A stretch of DNA of 64,000 bases, taken from positions 1 to 64,000 of the forward strand of contig CAWGJO010000033.1 of the NCBI GenBank assembly GCA_963822945.1. The letters run 5' to 3'. Source of the DNA: an uncultured Gemmatimonadaceae bacterium (lineage in GTDB: Bacteria > Gemmatimonadota > Gemmatimonadetes > Gemmatimonadales > Gemmatimonadaceae). Positions within the stretch are counted from its first letter, which is position 1, and each line of letters starts with the position of its first letter. This document shows positions 9,597-20,032 of the stretch, one piece after another. The translations under genes and the position numbers were made by a program. The notes beneath the pieces were generated by a model. It was given only the letters and a program-made list of their open reading frames with translations, made no database searches and had not been told where the DNA came from.

Positions 9597-11164
9597 GTGA
9601 CAAAGGGGACCAGGGCGCGACGCCGTGGTGATCGGGGCGGGATTCGGCGGGCTGGCCGCGGCCGTCCGGCTGCGCGCCATGGGGTACGAGGTGACGGTGC
9701 TGGAGGCGCTGGATCAGGCCGGGGGACGGGCGCGGGTGTTCCGGCGCGACGGCTTCACCTTCGACGCCGGCCCGACGGTGATCACGGCGCCCTACCTGCT
9801 CGACGAGCTGTTCAAGCTCGTGGGCCGCAACGCGCGCGACTACTTCGAGCTGGTGCCGGTGGATCCCTTCTACCGGATCCTCTTCCACGACGGTTCGACC
9901 TTCGACTACGTGGGCGACGACGAGCGGTTCCTGGCGCAGATCGCGGCGCTCTCACCGCGCGACGTGGACGGCTACCGGAAGCTGGCCGCGCACGCGCGGC
10001 GCATCTTCGAGGTGGGCTACACCCAGCTCGCCGACCAGCCCTTCGACCGGCTGTCCACGATGCTGCGCGTGGTGCCCGAGATGGTGAGGCTCGGCAGCCA
10101 CCGCTCGGTGTACGGGCTGGTCTCGCGCTACATCCACGACGAGCGGCTGCGGCAGGCGTTCACCTTCGAACCGCTGCTGGTGGGCGGCAATCCGTTCGAC
10201 ACCACCTCCATCTACCTGCTCATCCACTGGCTGGAGCGGAAATGGGGGGTCCACTTCGCCCGCGGCGGCACGGGGGCCATCGTCGCCGCGCTGGTGCGCC
10301 TGCTCGAGGAGCTGGGCGTCGAGGTGCGCTGCAACGCCCCGGTGGAGGAGATCGAGGTGCAGCACGGGCGGGCCTGCGCGGTGCGCACGGCCGACGGCAC
10401 GCGCATTCCCTGCGAGTTGGTGGTGAGCAACGCCGACCCATCGTTCGTGTACTCGCGGCTCATCGACGCGCGGCACCGCCGGCGGCACAGCGACCGCTCG
10501 GTGGCGCGCACGCGCCAGTCCATGAGCCTCTTCGTGGCCTACTTCGGCGTGTCGCGCACGTATCCCGAACTGGCGCACCACACCATCGTGCTCGGGCCGC
10601 GCTACAGGGGGCTGCTGGACGACGTCTTCCGCCGCAAGGTGCTGGCCGACGACTTCTCGCTCTACCTGCACGCGCCCACCCGCACCGATCCGTCGATGGC
10701 GCCGGCCGGGCACGAGGCGTTCTACGTGCTCTCGCCGGTGCCGAACAAGCGCAGCGGCATCGACTGGACGCGCGAGCGGGACGCCTATCTGGACCGCATC
10801 CTCGGATCGCTGGAGCGGCGGCTGCTCCCCGGGCTGCGCGAGCCATCTGGTCACGGTACAGACGCTGACGCCGCACGACTTCGAGCACACGCTGCGCTCG
10901 GTGGACGGGGCGGCGTTCGGGCCCGAGCCGATACTCCGGCAGTCGGCCTAGTTCCGCTACCACAACCGGTCTCCGGACGTGGAGGGTCTCTACTTCGTCG
11001 GCGCCGGCACGCACCCGGGGGGCGGGGTGCCCGGCGTGCTCTGCTCGGCGAAGGTGCTGGAGCGTGTGGTGCCGCGGCCCACGGAGCGGCTATCCGTGCT
11101 CCCCGGCGGGGCGGGTCGCGAACTCGCGGCCGCGCCAGCGGCGCGGACGGCGCACGCTCGATAG
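9597..11164 (+). CDS. crtI: Phytoene desaturase (frameshifts near 9622 and 10843; in-frame TAG at 10949)
   Basis: VVIGAGFGGLA, GFTFDAGPTVIT, LLVGGNPF, SLYLHAP, LSPVP and C-terminal YFVGAGTHPGGGVPGVLCSAK signature. Confidence 0.92.
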
Positions 11165-12262
11165 GAAGATCCGGAACACCGCGGCGGGGTCGGCCAGCGG
11201 CGACAGCCAGTAGAGCAGGCCGCGCTCCGCGTACGAATTCCGCAGCGCCCGGAGCAGGGCGCCGCGCGCGATGAGCAGCACCGCGTTCACGCCGAGCAGC
11301 GCCGCGGCCAGCGGGCGCGTGGCCGGCGCGCCCTGGGCGAGCCAGAACGCGGCGGCGATCGCGACCCAGAGCGGCGCCGCCTGTCCGAGCGCGAGCACGG
11401 CGAGGTCGCCCCACTGGCGCGCGCGCGGCGTGGCGTCGCCGAGGTCCACCGACCGTCCCCACTCGCGCCACATCTCGCGCGCCGAGGCATAGGCGCGCAC
11501 GTCGAACAGGCGCGACCCGTCGAGAAATCCCACGCGCGCGCCGCGCCGGGCGAGGGTGCGGGCCAGCGTGACGTCGTCGGCCCACGAGTTGCGCGCCGCC
11601 TCGTAGCCGCCGGCCTCCTCGAGCACGCGCCGGCGGGCCAGGAAGCACTGGCCGTTGGCGAGCACGCGCTCGGGGTCGTCGCGGCCGGGCACGCCCGTTC
11701 GATACACGAGCGTGGCGAGGATGGCGGGTTGCAGCCAGCGCTCGGCGCGCGCGAGGCCGGCGAAGCGGGGCGCGAACGACACCACGTCGTAGCCGCTCTC
11801 TTCGGCGGCAGCGAGCGCGCCGGCCACGAGGCCCGGGTCGGGCACGGTGTCGGCGTCCACGCCGAGCACCCACGGGGTGCGCGCCTGCGAGAGGCCGTGC
11901 TGCAGCGCCCACACCTTGCCGATCCACCCCGCCGGGCGCGGCGGATCCACGAGCAGGCGCAGACGGGGGTCGCGTTGGGCGGCGCGCGCCACGAGTTCGC
12001 GCGTGCCGTCGGTGGAGTGGCTGTCCACCACGAGCACTTGGGCCAGCACGTCGCCCTGGCGCGCCAGTCCGGCGAGGCAGGGGGCCAGACGGCGCGCTTC
12101 ATTATAGGTGGGCACGATCACCGTGACGGCGCCCGCGGGCCCCTGGTCGCGCGGCTCCGCCGGCGGGCGGCGGCGCATGCCGGGAAGCAGACGGCGCAGC
12201 ACGACGGCCGCGACCGCGGTCTGCGCGACGAGCCAGGCATAGAGGGCGAGGTGCACGTCCAC
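11090..12262 (-). CDS. cruG: GT2 glycosyltransferase, carotenoid 2'-O-glycosyltransferase CruG-like
   Basis: IVPTYNE, VDSHSTDGT, GWIGK, DADT, 'LANGQCFL..GGY..ARNSWADDVTLAR..VGFLDG' as I recall for cyanobacterial CruG; adjacent to crt genes. Confidence 0.8.
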   Translation of the reverse strand: MDVHLALYAWLVAQTAVAAVVLRRLLPGMRRRPPAEPRDQGPAGAVTVIVPTYNEARRLAPCLAGLARQGDVLAQVLVVDSHSTDGTRELVARAAQRDPRLRLLVDPPRPAGWIGKVWALQHGLSQARTPWVLGVDADTVPDPGLVAGALAAAEESGYDVVSFAPRFAGLARAERWLQPAILATLVYRTGVPGRDDPERVLANGQCFLARRRVLEEAGGYEAARNSWADDVTLARTLARRGARVGFLDGSRLFDVRAYASAREMWREWGRSVDLGDATPRARQWGDLAVLALGQAAPLWVAIAAAFWLAQGAPATRPLAAALLGVNAVLLIARGALLRALRNSYAERGLLYWLSPLADPAAVFRIFLSSVRRPRRWRGREFATRPAGEHG

Positions 12263-12387
12263 GAATCTAGGCGGCGCCGCAACCTTTGTAAGAAATCAAC
12301 GACGCAGCCGGAGCGGTGGACTGTCTCGCCCGGCCCCCGGCGGATAAGCTTGAGACATTCTGCCTACCGGGAAGGGGGTTTTCCATC

Positions 12388-15300
12388 ATGCTCAAGCGCG
12401 TTCTGTCACATCGCCGGTGGTCGAGCGTGGGGCTCGCCGCCGTTGGTCTGCTCACTCTCGGCGCCCGTCCGCCGGCCCATCCGCCGGTGCGGCCCGACAT
12501 GCTGGCCGGACTCGTGTGGCGGAACATCGGGCCCCTGCGCGCCGGACGCGTGGCGGCGGTTACCGGGGCCATCGGGGAGCCGGGCGTGTTCTACTTCGGC
12601 TCGCCGTCGGCCGGCGTGTGGAAGACCACGAATGCGGGCATCACCTGGAACCAGGTCTTCACCGACGACGTCAAGGACGTGTCGTCGGTGGGCGCCATCG
12701 AGGTGGCGCCCTCCGATACGAACATCATCTACGTGGGCACCGGCGACATCATCACCGGGGGCGCCATCAATGAAGGGAACGGCGTCTACAAGTCCACCGA
12801 CGCCGGCAAGACGTGGACCCACATGGGGCTCGACGCCACCAAGCAGATCCCGTCGATCATCGTCGATCCGGCGAACCCCGATCTGGTGATGGTGGCGGCG
12901 CAGGGGAACGTGCACGCCAAGAGCGACCAGCGCGGCGTGTTCCGCTCCACGGACGGCGGCAAGACCTGGACGCGCACGCTGTACGTGAACGACGAGATCG
13001 GCGCGGTGAAGCTGGCCTACGCGCACGACAAGCCGAGCGTGATTCTGGCGACGACCGACGAGCACTACGTGCCCCCCGGCTCCACGGCACGCGGCGCCTT
13101 TGGCGGCCCCAACGGCACGCACCTGTTCAAGTCCACGGACGAGGGCGTCACCTGGACGGAGATCAGCGGCCACGGGCTGCCCGAGCTGTCGGGCCGCACG
13201 TCGGTGGCGGTGGCCAACCACACGGACGGCCTGCGCATGTTCCTGATCACCAACAGCGGCCTCTACCGCTCGGACGACGGCGGTGCGAGCTGGCGGCAGA
13301 TGGATTCCACCGACACGCGCATCCGCAACGGGCAGGGCGGCTACAACTGCGGCGTGTACGTGAATCCGGAGAACCCGGACATCATCTATACCATCAACAC
13401 GTCGAGCTACGAGTCGCACGACGGTGGCAACACGTTCACCGGATTCAAGGGCGCGCCGGGCGGCGACGATCCGCAGCAGATCTGGATCGATCCGACCAAC
13501 GGGCAGCGCATGCTGCTGGGCATGGACCAGGGCGGCACGGTGACGCTCGACGGCGGGCAGACGTGGAGCACCTGGTACAACCAGAGCACCGAGCAGGTCT
13601 ACCACCTCTCGGTGGACAACTCGTTCCCGTACTGGGTGTACGCGCCGCAGCAGGACGCGGGCGCCATCCGCGTGCGGAGCCGCGGCAACTTCGGCGAGAT
13701 CACGCCGCTCGACTGGAACCCGGTGGGCGGTTGGGAGTGGGGCACCATCGTCGCCGATCCGCTCAACACCAACGTGGTATACGCCAGCGGGTCGGGCATT
13801 CTGAAGATCACGTATCCCAGCGAGCAGGTGATCAACGTCAGTCCGAACGTCGATCCGAGCCTGCACCTGCGCCAGACGTCCACCAACCCGCTCATCTGGG
13901 TGCCGTGGAACCAGCACGAACTGCTGGCCGGCTTCCAGTACGTGATGGCGACCGACGACGGTGGGGCGCGCTGGCACCGGATCAGCCCCGACCTCGGCTA
14001 TCCCAAGGGCGTGACCCCGCCGCCGGAAGCACAGGCGGGCGGCCGCGGCCGCGGTGGCCGCGGGGGCAACGGCGCGCCGCCGGGCGGGCTCATCGAGGCG
14101 ATCTCGCCGTCGACCGCGTCGCGGGGACTCATCTGGGTGTCCACGAACAACGGACTCATCAAGCTCACGCGTGACGACGGCAGGACGTGGGAGGACGCGA
14201 GCATTCCCGACCTTCCCGACCGCGAGCACGCCGACCTCGACGCCATCGACGCCTCGCACACGAATGCAGGCGAGGCGTACGTGGCGGTGGATTACCACAC
14301 GTCGGGCAACTACGCGCCGTTCTTCTACCGGACGCGCGACTACGGCAAGACGTGGACGAAGATCGTGAACGGACTGCCCACCGACCAGGTGAACGGGAGC
14401 TTTGCGCGGGTCATCCGCTCCGACACGAAGAAGGCGGGGCTGCTGTTCGCCGGCACGGAGAGCGGGATGTACGTGTCGTTCAACGACGGCGACACGTGGC
14501 AGTCACTGCAACTCAACCTGCCGCTCACCTCGTACCGCGATGCGGTGATCAAGGGGAATGACCTGGTGGTCGGCACGTACGGCCGCGGCATCTGGGTGCT
14601 GGACGACATCTCACCGCTGCGCCAGATGACGGCGTCGGTGGAGAACGAGCCCGCGCATCTGTTCAAGCCGGGCGAGGCGGTGCGCGTGCGCCGGAACGTG
14701 AATCAGGACACGCCCTTCCCGCCCGAGGTGCCGCACTCGCTGAACGCCCCGCCGGGCGCGCTCATCTACTACTCGCTGGGGACGCATCCCACCGGCGACA
14801 TCACGCTCGACGTGCTGGATGCGTCGGGGCACGTGGTGCGCCACATGTCGAGCGCGCCGGTCACGCCGGTGGAGGAGGCATCGCATCCGCCGGAGCCGAG
14901 CTTCTGGCTCGCCACACCGCACGGGATGCCCACCGCGATGGGGCTCAACCGCATCAACTGGGATCTGCGCTACGACGATCCGCCGGCGTTCTCGCATTCG
15001 TTCGGCATCAACGCGAATCCGGGACTCACGCCGCGCCTCGCCCCAGGGGCCGCTGGCGCTGCCCGGCGTCTATACGCTGCGCCTGACAGTGAACGGCAAG
15101 CAGTACTCGCAGAAGCTCACGGTGGTGAACGACCCGCGCTCGCCGGCCACGGCCATGGGGCTGCAGGCGCAGCACGCGTTGCAGATGAAGGCCTACGACG
15201 GCGCGCGCACGGCGTGGGCGGGCTATCACCAGGCCACGGCGCTCAAGGCCGCCGTGGAGCAGGCCGCGTCGAACGCCGCAGTGGCCGACGCCGCCAAGGC

Positions 15301-15637
15301 ATTCGCCGCCAAGCTCGACACGGTGAGCGGAGACCTGGGCGGCGGGCGTGGGCGCGGCGGTTTCTTCCGCGGCCGCGGACCTGCGGGACCGCCGAACTTC
15401 AAGGGCGTGAGCGGTTCGATGCTGCGCGAACTCGACCTGCTCGACGGCGGCGACATGGCGCCCACACCGGCCATGACGGCGGGATACACGGCCGATTGTC
15501 GCGAGCTGCGCACGGCGGTGACGAACTGGCGGGCGCTGACGGCGAAGGATCTGCCGGCATTGAACTCCCAACTGACGAAGGCGGGACTGTCCGCCATCGC
15601 GGCGCCGCATCCGATGTTGGCCGTGCCCGGCTGTTGA
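12388..15637 (+). CDS. Secreted VPS10/BNR (Asp-box) repeat propeller protein (frameshift near 15034)
   Basis: WRNIGPLRAGR; many Asp boxes (STDAGKTW, STDGGKTW, SDDGGASW, TRDYGKTW); GTYGRGIWVLDD; C-terminus continues in ORF 14819-15637. Confidence 0.88.
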
Positions 15638-15752
15638 CGAGCCGGTAGCGGGTGGCGCACCGGCGCGTTCCGGTGCGCGAGGAAGTGGTCAGCTTCGGCC
15701 TCGACGCCCGGCGGGTATTCCGCCGGGCGTCGTTGCGCCGTACCGTTGTTTC

Positions 15753-17186
15753 GTGAAATCCTCCCGCCCGGCCCCCCAAGCGGCCGAAGCCCTCGTCGAG
15801 TCGCACAGCACCGAACTGAAGCGCGAGCTGGGTCTCTGGGACCTGGTGCTCACGCAGGTGATGTTCATCGTCGGCGCCCAGTGGGTGGGCACGGCCGCGA
15901 TGCTCGGCCATTCGCAGGTGGTGTACTGGCTGCTGGCCATGGCCCTGTTCTATCTGCCGCAGGCCGCGGTGGTCATCTACCTCAACCGGTTGATGCCGCT
16001 GGAGGGCGGGCTGTACCAGTGGGCGAAGATCGGGTTCAACGACGGCGTCGGGTTCCTGGTGGCCTGGAACCTGTGGGTGTTCGCGCTCATCCTGCTCTCG
16101 TCGTACGGGCTCGTGATCGCCGAGACCTTCAGCTACGCGCTCGGACCCGGGGCGGCGTGGATGACGGGCACCAAGTGGTACGACGGCGCGGTGACCGGAC
16201 TGGTGGTGGCGATGATCATCCTCGTGTCGCTCTACGGCCTCCGCATCGGCAAATGGGTGCACGACGCGGGCGGGACGGCGCACCTGCTCACCTTCGGCGC
16301 GCTGATTCTGATGCCGATCATCGCCTTCTCGCGGGGCACCGTGGCCGACCCGCACCCGTTCGCGGCGGCGATGCCGAAGGCGACGCTGCTCTCGGTGAAC
16401 ATCTTCAGCAAGATGGCGCTCGGCGCGCTCACCGGATTCGAATTCGTGGCCATTCTCGCGGGCGAGACCCGGAATCCGGCAAAGGCCATCGGCCGCTCGG
16501 TGATGATCGCGACGCCGGTGATCGCGCTCATGTTCATCCTCGGCACCAGCGCCGTGCTGGCGGCCACGCCCGCCGGCAAGATCGACCTCATCGCGCCGAT
16601 TCCGCAGGCGCTCACCTACGGGCTGCGCGGGTTCGGCTTCGCGGTGTACATCGTCCCCGTGCTCACGATGCTGCTGCTCATGCGGCACATCGCGAACGTG
16701 AATCTGCTGTTCGCGGCCAACGCGCGGCTGCCCATGGTGGCCGGATGGGACGGGCTGCTGCCGGCCTGGTTCACGCGGCTGCACCCGCGCTATCGGACGC
16801 CGCTGAACTCGATTCTGTTCGTGGGGGCGGTGACGCTGGTGTTCGGCGCGTTCAGCCTGGTGGGCGTGGGGTTGCAGGAGGCGTTCCAGCTGCTCGACAG
16901 CGCGGCGGGCATTCTGTACGCCGTGTGCTATCTGGCGATGTTCGCCCTGCCGATCATCGGGATGCGGGGATTCCCGCATGCACCGCTCTGGTTGCGGTTC
17001 GCGGCGGTGTCGGGATTCGCGGTCACGCTGCTCTATATCGTGATGTCGGTATTCCCGATCATCGACGTGAAGAGCGGGTGGTCGTTCGCGATCAAGATCA
17101 TCGTCGTGGTGGTGGCGGCGAACATGATCGGGGTCGGCATCTACCGCGGAGCACGCCGGCGCAAGGCGGCCCACGCCGCGGCCTGA
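15753..17186 (+). CDS. APC family amino acid permease
   Basis: LKRELGLWDLV, PLEGGLYQW, GFE..AGE, RLHPRYRTP; about 12 TM segments. Confidence 0.9.
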   Translation: MKSSRPAPQAAEALVESHSTELKRELGLWDLVLTQVMFIVGAQWVGTAAMLGHSQVVYWLLAMALFYLPQAAVVIYLNRLMPLEGGLYQWAKIGFNDGVGFLVAWNLWVFALILLSSYGLVIAETFSYALGPGAAWMTGTKWYDGAVTGLVVAMIILVSLYGLRIGKWVHDAGGTAHLLTFGALILMPIIAFSRGTVADPHPFAAAMPKATLLSVNIFSKMALGALTGFEFVAILAGETRNPAKAIGRSVMIATPVIALMFILGTSAVLAATPAGKIDLIAPIPQALTYGLRGFGFAVYIVPVLTMLLLMRHIANVNLLFAANARLPMVAGWDGLLPAWFTRLHPRYRTPLNSILFVGAVTLVFGAFSLVGVGLQEAFQLLDSAAGILYAVCYLAMFALPIIGMRGFPHAPLWLRFAAVSGFAVTLLYIVMSVFPIIDVKSGWSFAIKIIVVVVAANMIGVGIYRGARRRKAAHAAA

Positions 17187-17282
17187 GCCGCGGCGCCGGG
17201 GACCTCCGCGCCGCGCGGACACTGGAATCGCGGGCGCCGATCGTAGAGATTGCGCATCGAGACCAATACGAGGAATGGAACG

Positions 17283-18134
17283 ATGGTGGCATGGCTTGGG
17301 ACGGGACTGCTCGGCTCCGGATTCGTGCGCGCGCTGCTCAAGCGCGGCGAGGAGGTGCACGTCTGGAATCGCTCGAAGGGCAAGGCGCAGGCGCTGGAGG
17401 CCGACGGCGCCAAGGCGTTCGCCGATCCGGCGGAGGCGGTGCGTGGCGCGCCGCACGTGCACCTCTGTCTGTCCGACGACTCGGCGGTGGACGACGTGCT
17501 CGAACTGGCGCGCCCCGGTCTGTCGGACGGCGCGATCCTCGTGGACCACACCACCACGTCGCCGGCGGGCGCCGCGGCGCGGGTGAAGCGGTGGGCCGAA
17601 CGCGGGGTGGCGTTCCAGCATGCGCCGGTGTTCATGGGACCCAAGAATGCGCTCGAGAGCACCGGGTTCATGCTCGGATCGGGGGACCGCGCGCTGTTCG
17701 ACCGCCTCGAACCCGAGCTGTCGAAGATGACGGGCAAGCTGCTCTATTTCGGCCCCGTGCCCGAGCGGGCCGCCGGCATGAAGCTGCTCGGCAATCTGTT
17801 TCTCGTGTCGATGATGGCCGGCATCACCGACGTGCTGGCGCTGGCCAAGTCGCTCGGCATTCCGGGCAAGGAAGTGGTGGGGCTGTTCGAATCGTTCAAT
17901 CCGGGCGCGCAGCTGCCGGCACGGATGCAGACCGTGCTCAAGGCCGACTTCGAGCACGCGTCGTGGAACCTCGCCATGGCGCGCAAGGATACGCGGCTGA
18001 TGATCGAAGCCGCCGACCACAGCGGCATGACGCTCAAGGTGATCTCGGCCGCTGCAGCGGAGATGGACAAGTGGCTGGCCGCCGGCCACGCCGCCGACGA
18101 CTGGACCATCATCACGAGTCCGGTGCTGGAATAG
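17283..18134 (+). CDS. NAD(P)-dependent beta-hydroxyacid dehydrogenase family
   Basis: WLGTGLLGS, VWNRS, HAPVFMGP, GMKLLGN, MARKD. Confidence 0.88.
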   Translation: MVAWLGTGLLGSGFVRALLKRGEEVHVWNRSKGKAQALEADGAKAFADPAEAVRGAPHVHLCLSDDSAVDDVLELARPGLSDGAILVDHTTTSPAGAAARVKRWAERGVAFQHAPVFMGPKNALESTGFMLGSGDRALFDRLEPELSKMTGKLLYFGPVPERAAGMKLLGNLFLVSMMAGITDVLALAKSLGIPGKEVVGLFESFNPGAQLPARMQTVLKADFEHASWNLAMARKDTRLMIEAADHSGMTLKVISAAAAEMDKWLAAGHAADDWTIITSPVLE

Positions 18135-18137
18135 TCG

Positions 18138-18836
18138 ATGCACGACCAATGGACGGCGGTCGACGCATATCTGGGTGAGCTGTTCGCGCCGCCGGACGCG
18201 GCGCTCGAGGCCGCGATCGCCGAGTCGGCGGCCGCGGGGCTGCCCGACATCCAGGTCTCGCCGACGCAGGGCAAGTTGCTGCACCTGCTGGCCCGGGCCG
18301 TCGGCGCCCGGCGCATTCTGGAAATCGGCACGCTGGGCGGGTACAGCACCATCTGGCTGGCCCGGGCGCTCGCACCCGGCGGACGCGTGGTGACGATGGA
18401 ACTCGATCCCGTGCACGCGGCGGTGGCACGGGCCAACATCGCGCGGGCGGGACTGGCCGACGCGGTGGAGCTGCACGAGGGGCCGGCGCTGGCCACGCTC
18501 TCCCGGCTGCAGGGCGAACGCGCCGGTCCCTTCGATCTGGTCTTCATCGACGCCGACAAGCCGAACATTCCGGAATACTTCACGCACGCCGTCGAACTGT
18601 CGCGCGCCGGCGCGCTGATCGTCGTCGACAACGTGGTCCGCGACGGCCGGATCATCGAGGCGGAGAGCGACGATCCGGCGATCCGGGGCGTCCGGCGGTT
18701 CAACACGATGGCGGCTGCCGATCCGCGCGTGAGCGTCACCACGGTGCAGACCGTGGGGAACAAGGGCTACGACGGATTCGCCCTGGCGCTGGTGCTCGAC
18801 GGGAAGTCGCCGGCAGGCGACGGCGGGCAACCATGA
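18138..18836 (+). CDS. Class I SAM-dependent O-methyltransferase
   Basis: ILEIGTLGGYS, FDLVFIDADK, VVDNVV, KGYDGF. Confidence 0.92.
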   Translation: MHDQWTAVDAYLGELFAPPDAALEAAIAESAAAGLPDIQVSPTQGKLLHLLARAVGARRILEIGTLGGYSTIWLARALAPGGRVVTMELDPVHAAVARANIARAGLADAVELHEGPALATLSRLQGERAGPFDLVFIDADKPNIPEYFTHAVELSRAGALIVVDNVVRDGRIIEAESDDPAIRGVRRFNTMAAADPRVSVTTVQTVGNKGYDGFALALVLDGKSPAGDGGQP

Positions 18837-19615
18837 TGCGTTCCATGTCTCCCGTGCGCACCCGTGCCGCAGGCCGCGTGCGCTTCGCGCCGTGGATGGT
18901 GGTCGCGGTGGCCCTGCTCTCGGCGTGCAGCGCACCGCCGCGCACCGCTCCGACACCCAAGGCGGCCGCGCCTGAGCGGACCCTGCCCACCGCGATCGCG
19001 TGGATGTGGAAGTCCGCGGAATACCGGGCGCTCACGCGGCAGACGTACGCCGCCGCCGCCAGCCGGCTCGAGGACCTGGCGCCGGCCATGGCGTCGAGCG
19101 CGTGGGGGGTGATCCTCGACGCCGACGAGACGGTGCTCGACAACACGACGTACGCGATCCGTCGCGAAGCGCTGGACAGCGGGTACACCGAACCGAGCTG
19201 GTCGGTGTGGGTGCGCGAGGCGGCGGCGCCGGCGGTTCCCGGCGCGGTGGCATTCACGCGCCGCGTCCACGAACTGGGCGGGCAGGTGATCATCGTGACC
19301 AACCGCGCCGATTCACTCTGTGGGCCCACGCGCCGGAACCTGCGGCAGGTGGGCGTGAGTGCCGATCTCGTGCTCTGCCAGTTGCCGGGCCAGCCCGACA
19401 AGAATCCGCGCTTCGAGGCCGTGCAGCGGGGCACCGCGTCGCCGGCGCTGCCGCCGCTGGCGATCGTGGAATGGCTGGGCGACAACATCCAGGACTTCCC
19501 GAGGCTCACGCAGGCGTCGCGCGACGATCCGTCGGCCATGGCGCTGTTCGGGCGGCGCTACTTCGTGCTGCCGAATCCGGTGTACGGGAGCTGGCCGGCG
19601 GACCTGCGGCCCTAG
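18833..19615 (+). CDS. HAD acid phosphatase class C / 5'-nucleotidase lipoprotein e(P4)-like
   Basis: Lipobox LLSAC, DADETVLDN, VTNR, GDNIQDF, LPNPVYGSW. Confidence 0.9.
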   Translation: MMRSMSPVRTRAAGRVRFAPWMVVAVALLSACSAPPRTAPTPKAAAPERTLPTAIAWMWKSAEYRALTRQTYAAAASRLEDLAPAMASSAWGVILDADETVLDNTTYAIRREALDSGYTEPSWSVWVREAAAPAVPGAVAFTRRVHELGGQVIIVTNRADSLCGPTRRNLRQVGVSADLVLCQLPGQPDKNPRFEAVQRGTASPALPPLAIVEWLGDNIQDFPRLTQASRDDPSAMALFGRRYFVLPNPVYGSWPADLRP

Positions 19616-19627
19616 CTTCCCGGCGGT

Positions 19628-19663
19628 TATATCCATTGCGCGTATATCCACCGTGGATATATT
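19628..19663. promoter_or_regulatory. Palindromic putative PadR operator overlapping a promoter
   Basis: Perfect inverted repeat TATATCCAC-C-GTGGATATA (19643-19661), a degenerate copy from 19628, TTGCGC-N16-TATATT ending 6 bp before ATG 19670. Confidence 0.7.
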
Positions 19664-19669
19664 GTGCGC

Positions 19670-20032
19670 ATGCGACGATCCAACGACGACATCCAGGCCT
19701 TCCTGCCGCTGCCCGCGGCCACGCTCCACATCCTGATGGCGCTGGCCGACGAGGACCGCCACGGGTATGCGATCATCCAGGACGTGGAAGCGCGCACCGG
19801 CGGCAAGCTCCGGCTCAGCCCCGGCACGCTGTACCGCTCGATCCAGCGGATGCTGGACCAGGGGCTGATCACGGAGCCGCGGACGCGGCCCGCCCCCGAG
19901 CTGGATGACGAGCGCCGGCGCTACTATCGCATCACGCCGCTGGGACTGGCCGTGGCCCGCGCCGAAGCCGCGCGGCTCGCCGATCTGGTGCGGATGGTTC
20001 GGGCCACGGGACTCGTGCCGCGGGGCGCGTGA
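19670..20032 (+). CDS. PadR family transcriptional regulator
   Basis: HILMALADEDRHGYAI, PGTLYRSIQR, RRRYYRITPLG. Confidence 0.92.
   Translation: MRRSNDDIQAFLPLPAATLHILMALADEDRHGYAIIQDVEARTGGKLRLSPGTLYRSIQRMLDQGLITEPRTRPAPELDDERRRYYRITPLGLAVARAEAARLADLVRMVRATGLVPRGA

Noticed and set aside
10949..10951. Amber recoding or pyrrolysine in crtI
   Set aside because: TAG is the normal stop of many genes here (3108, 7560, 18134, 19615, 22623), the site is normally aromatic, and no pyl genes are seen
15399..18956. Very long antisense or alternate-frame ORFs (1185 aa here; also 19924-22926, 27757-30261, 28401-31034, 30938-33727, 48046-50688)
   Set aside because: Shadows of real high-GC3 genes; Arg/Ala/Gly-rich with no motifs
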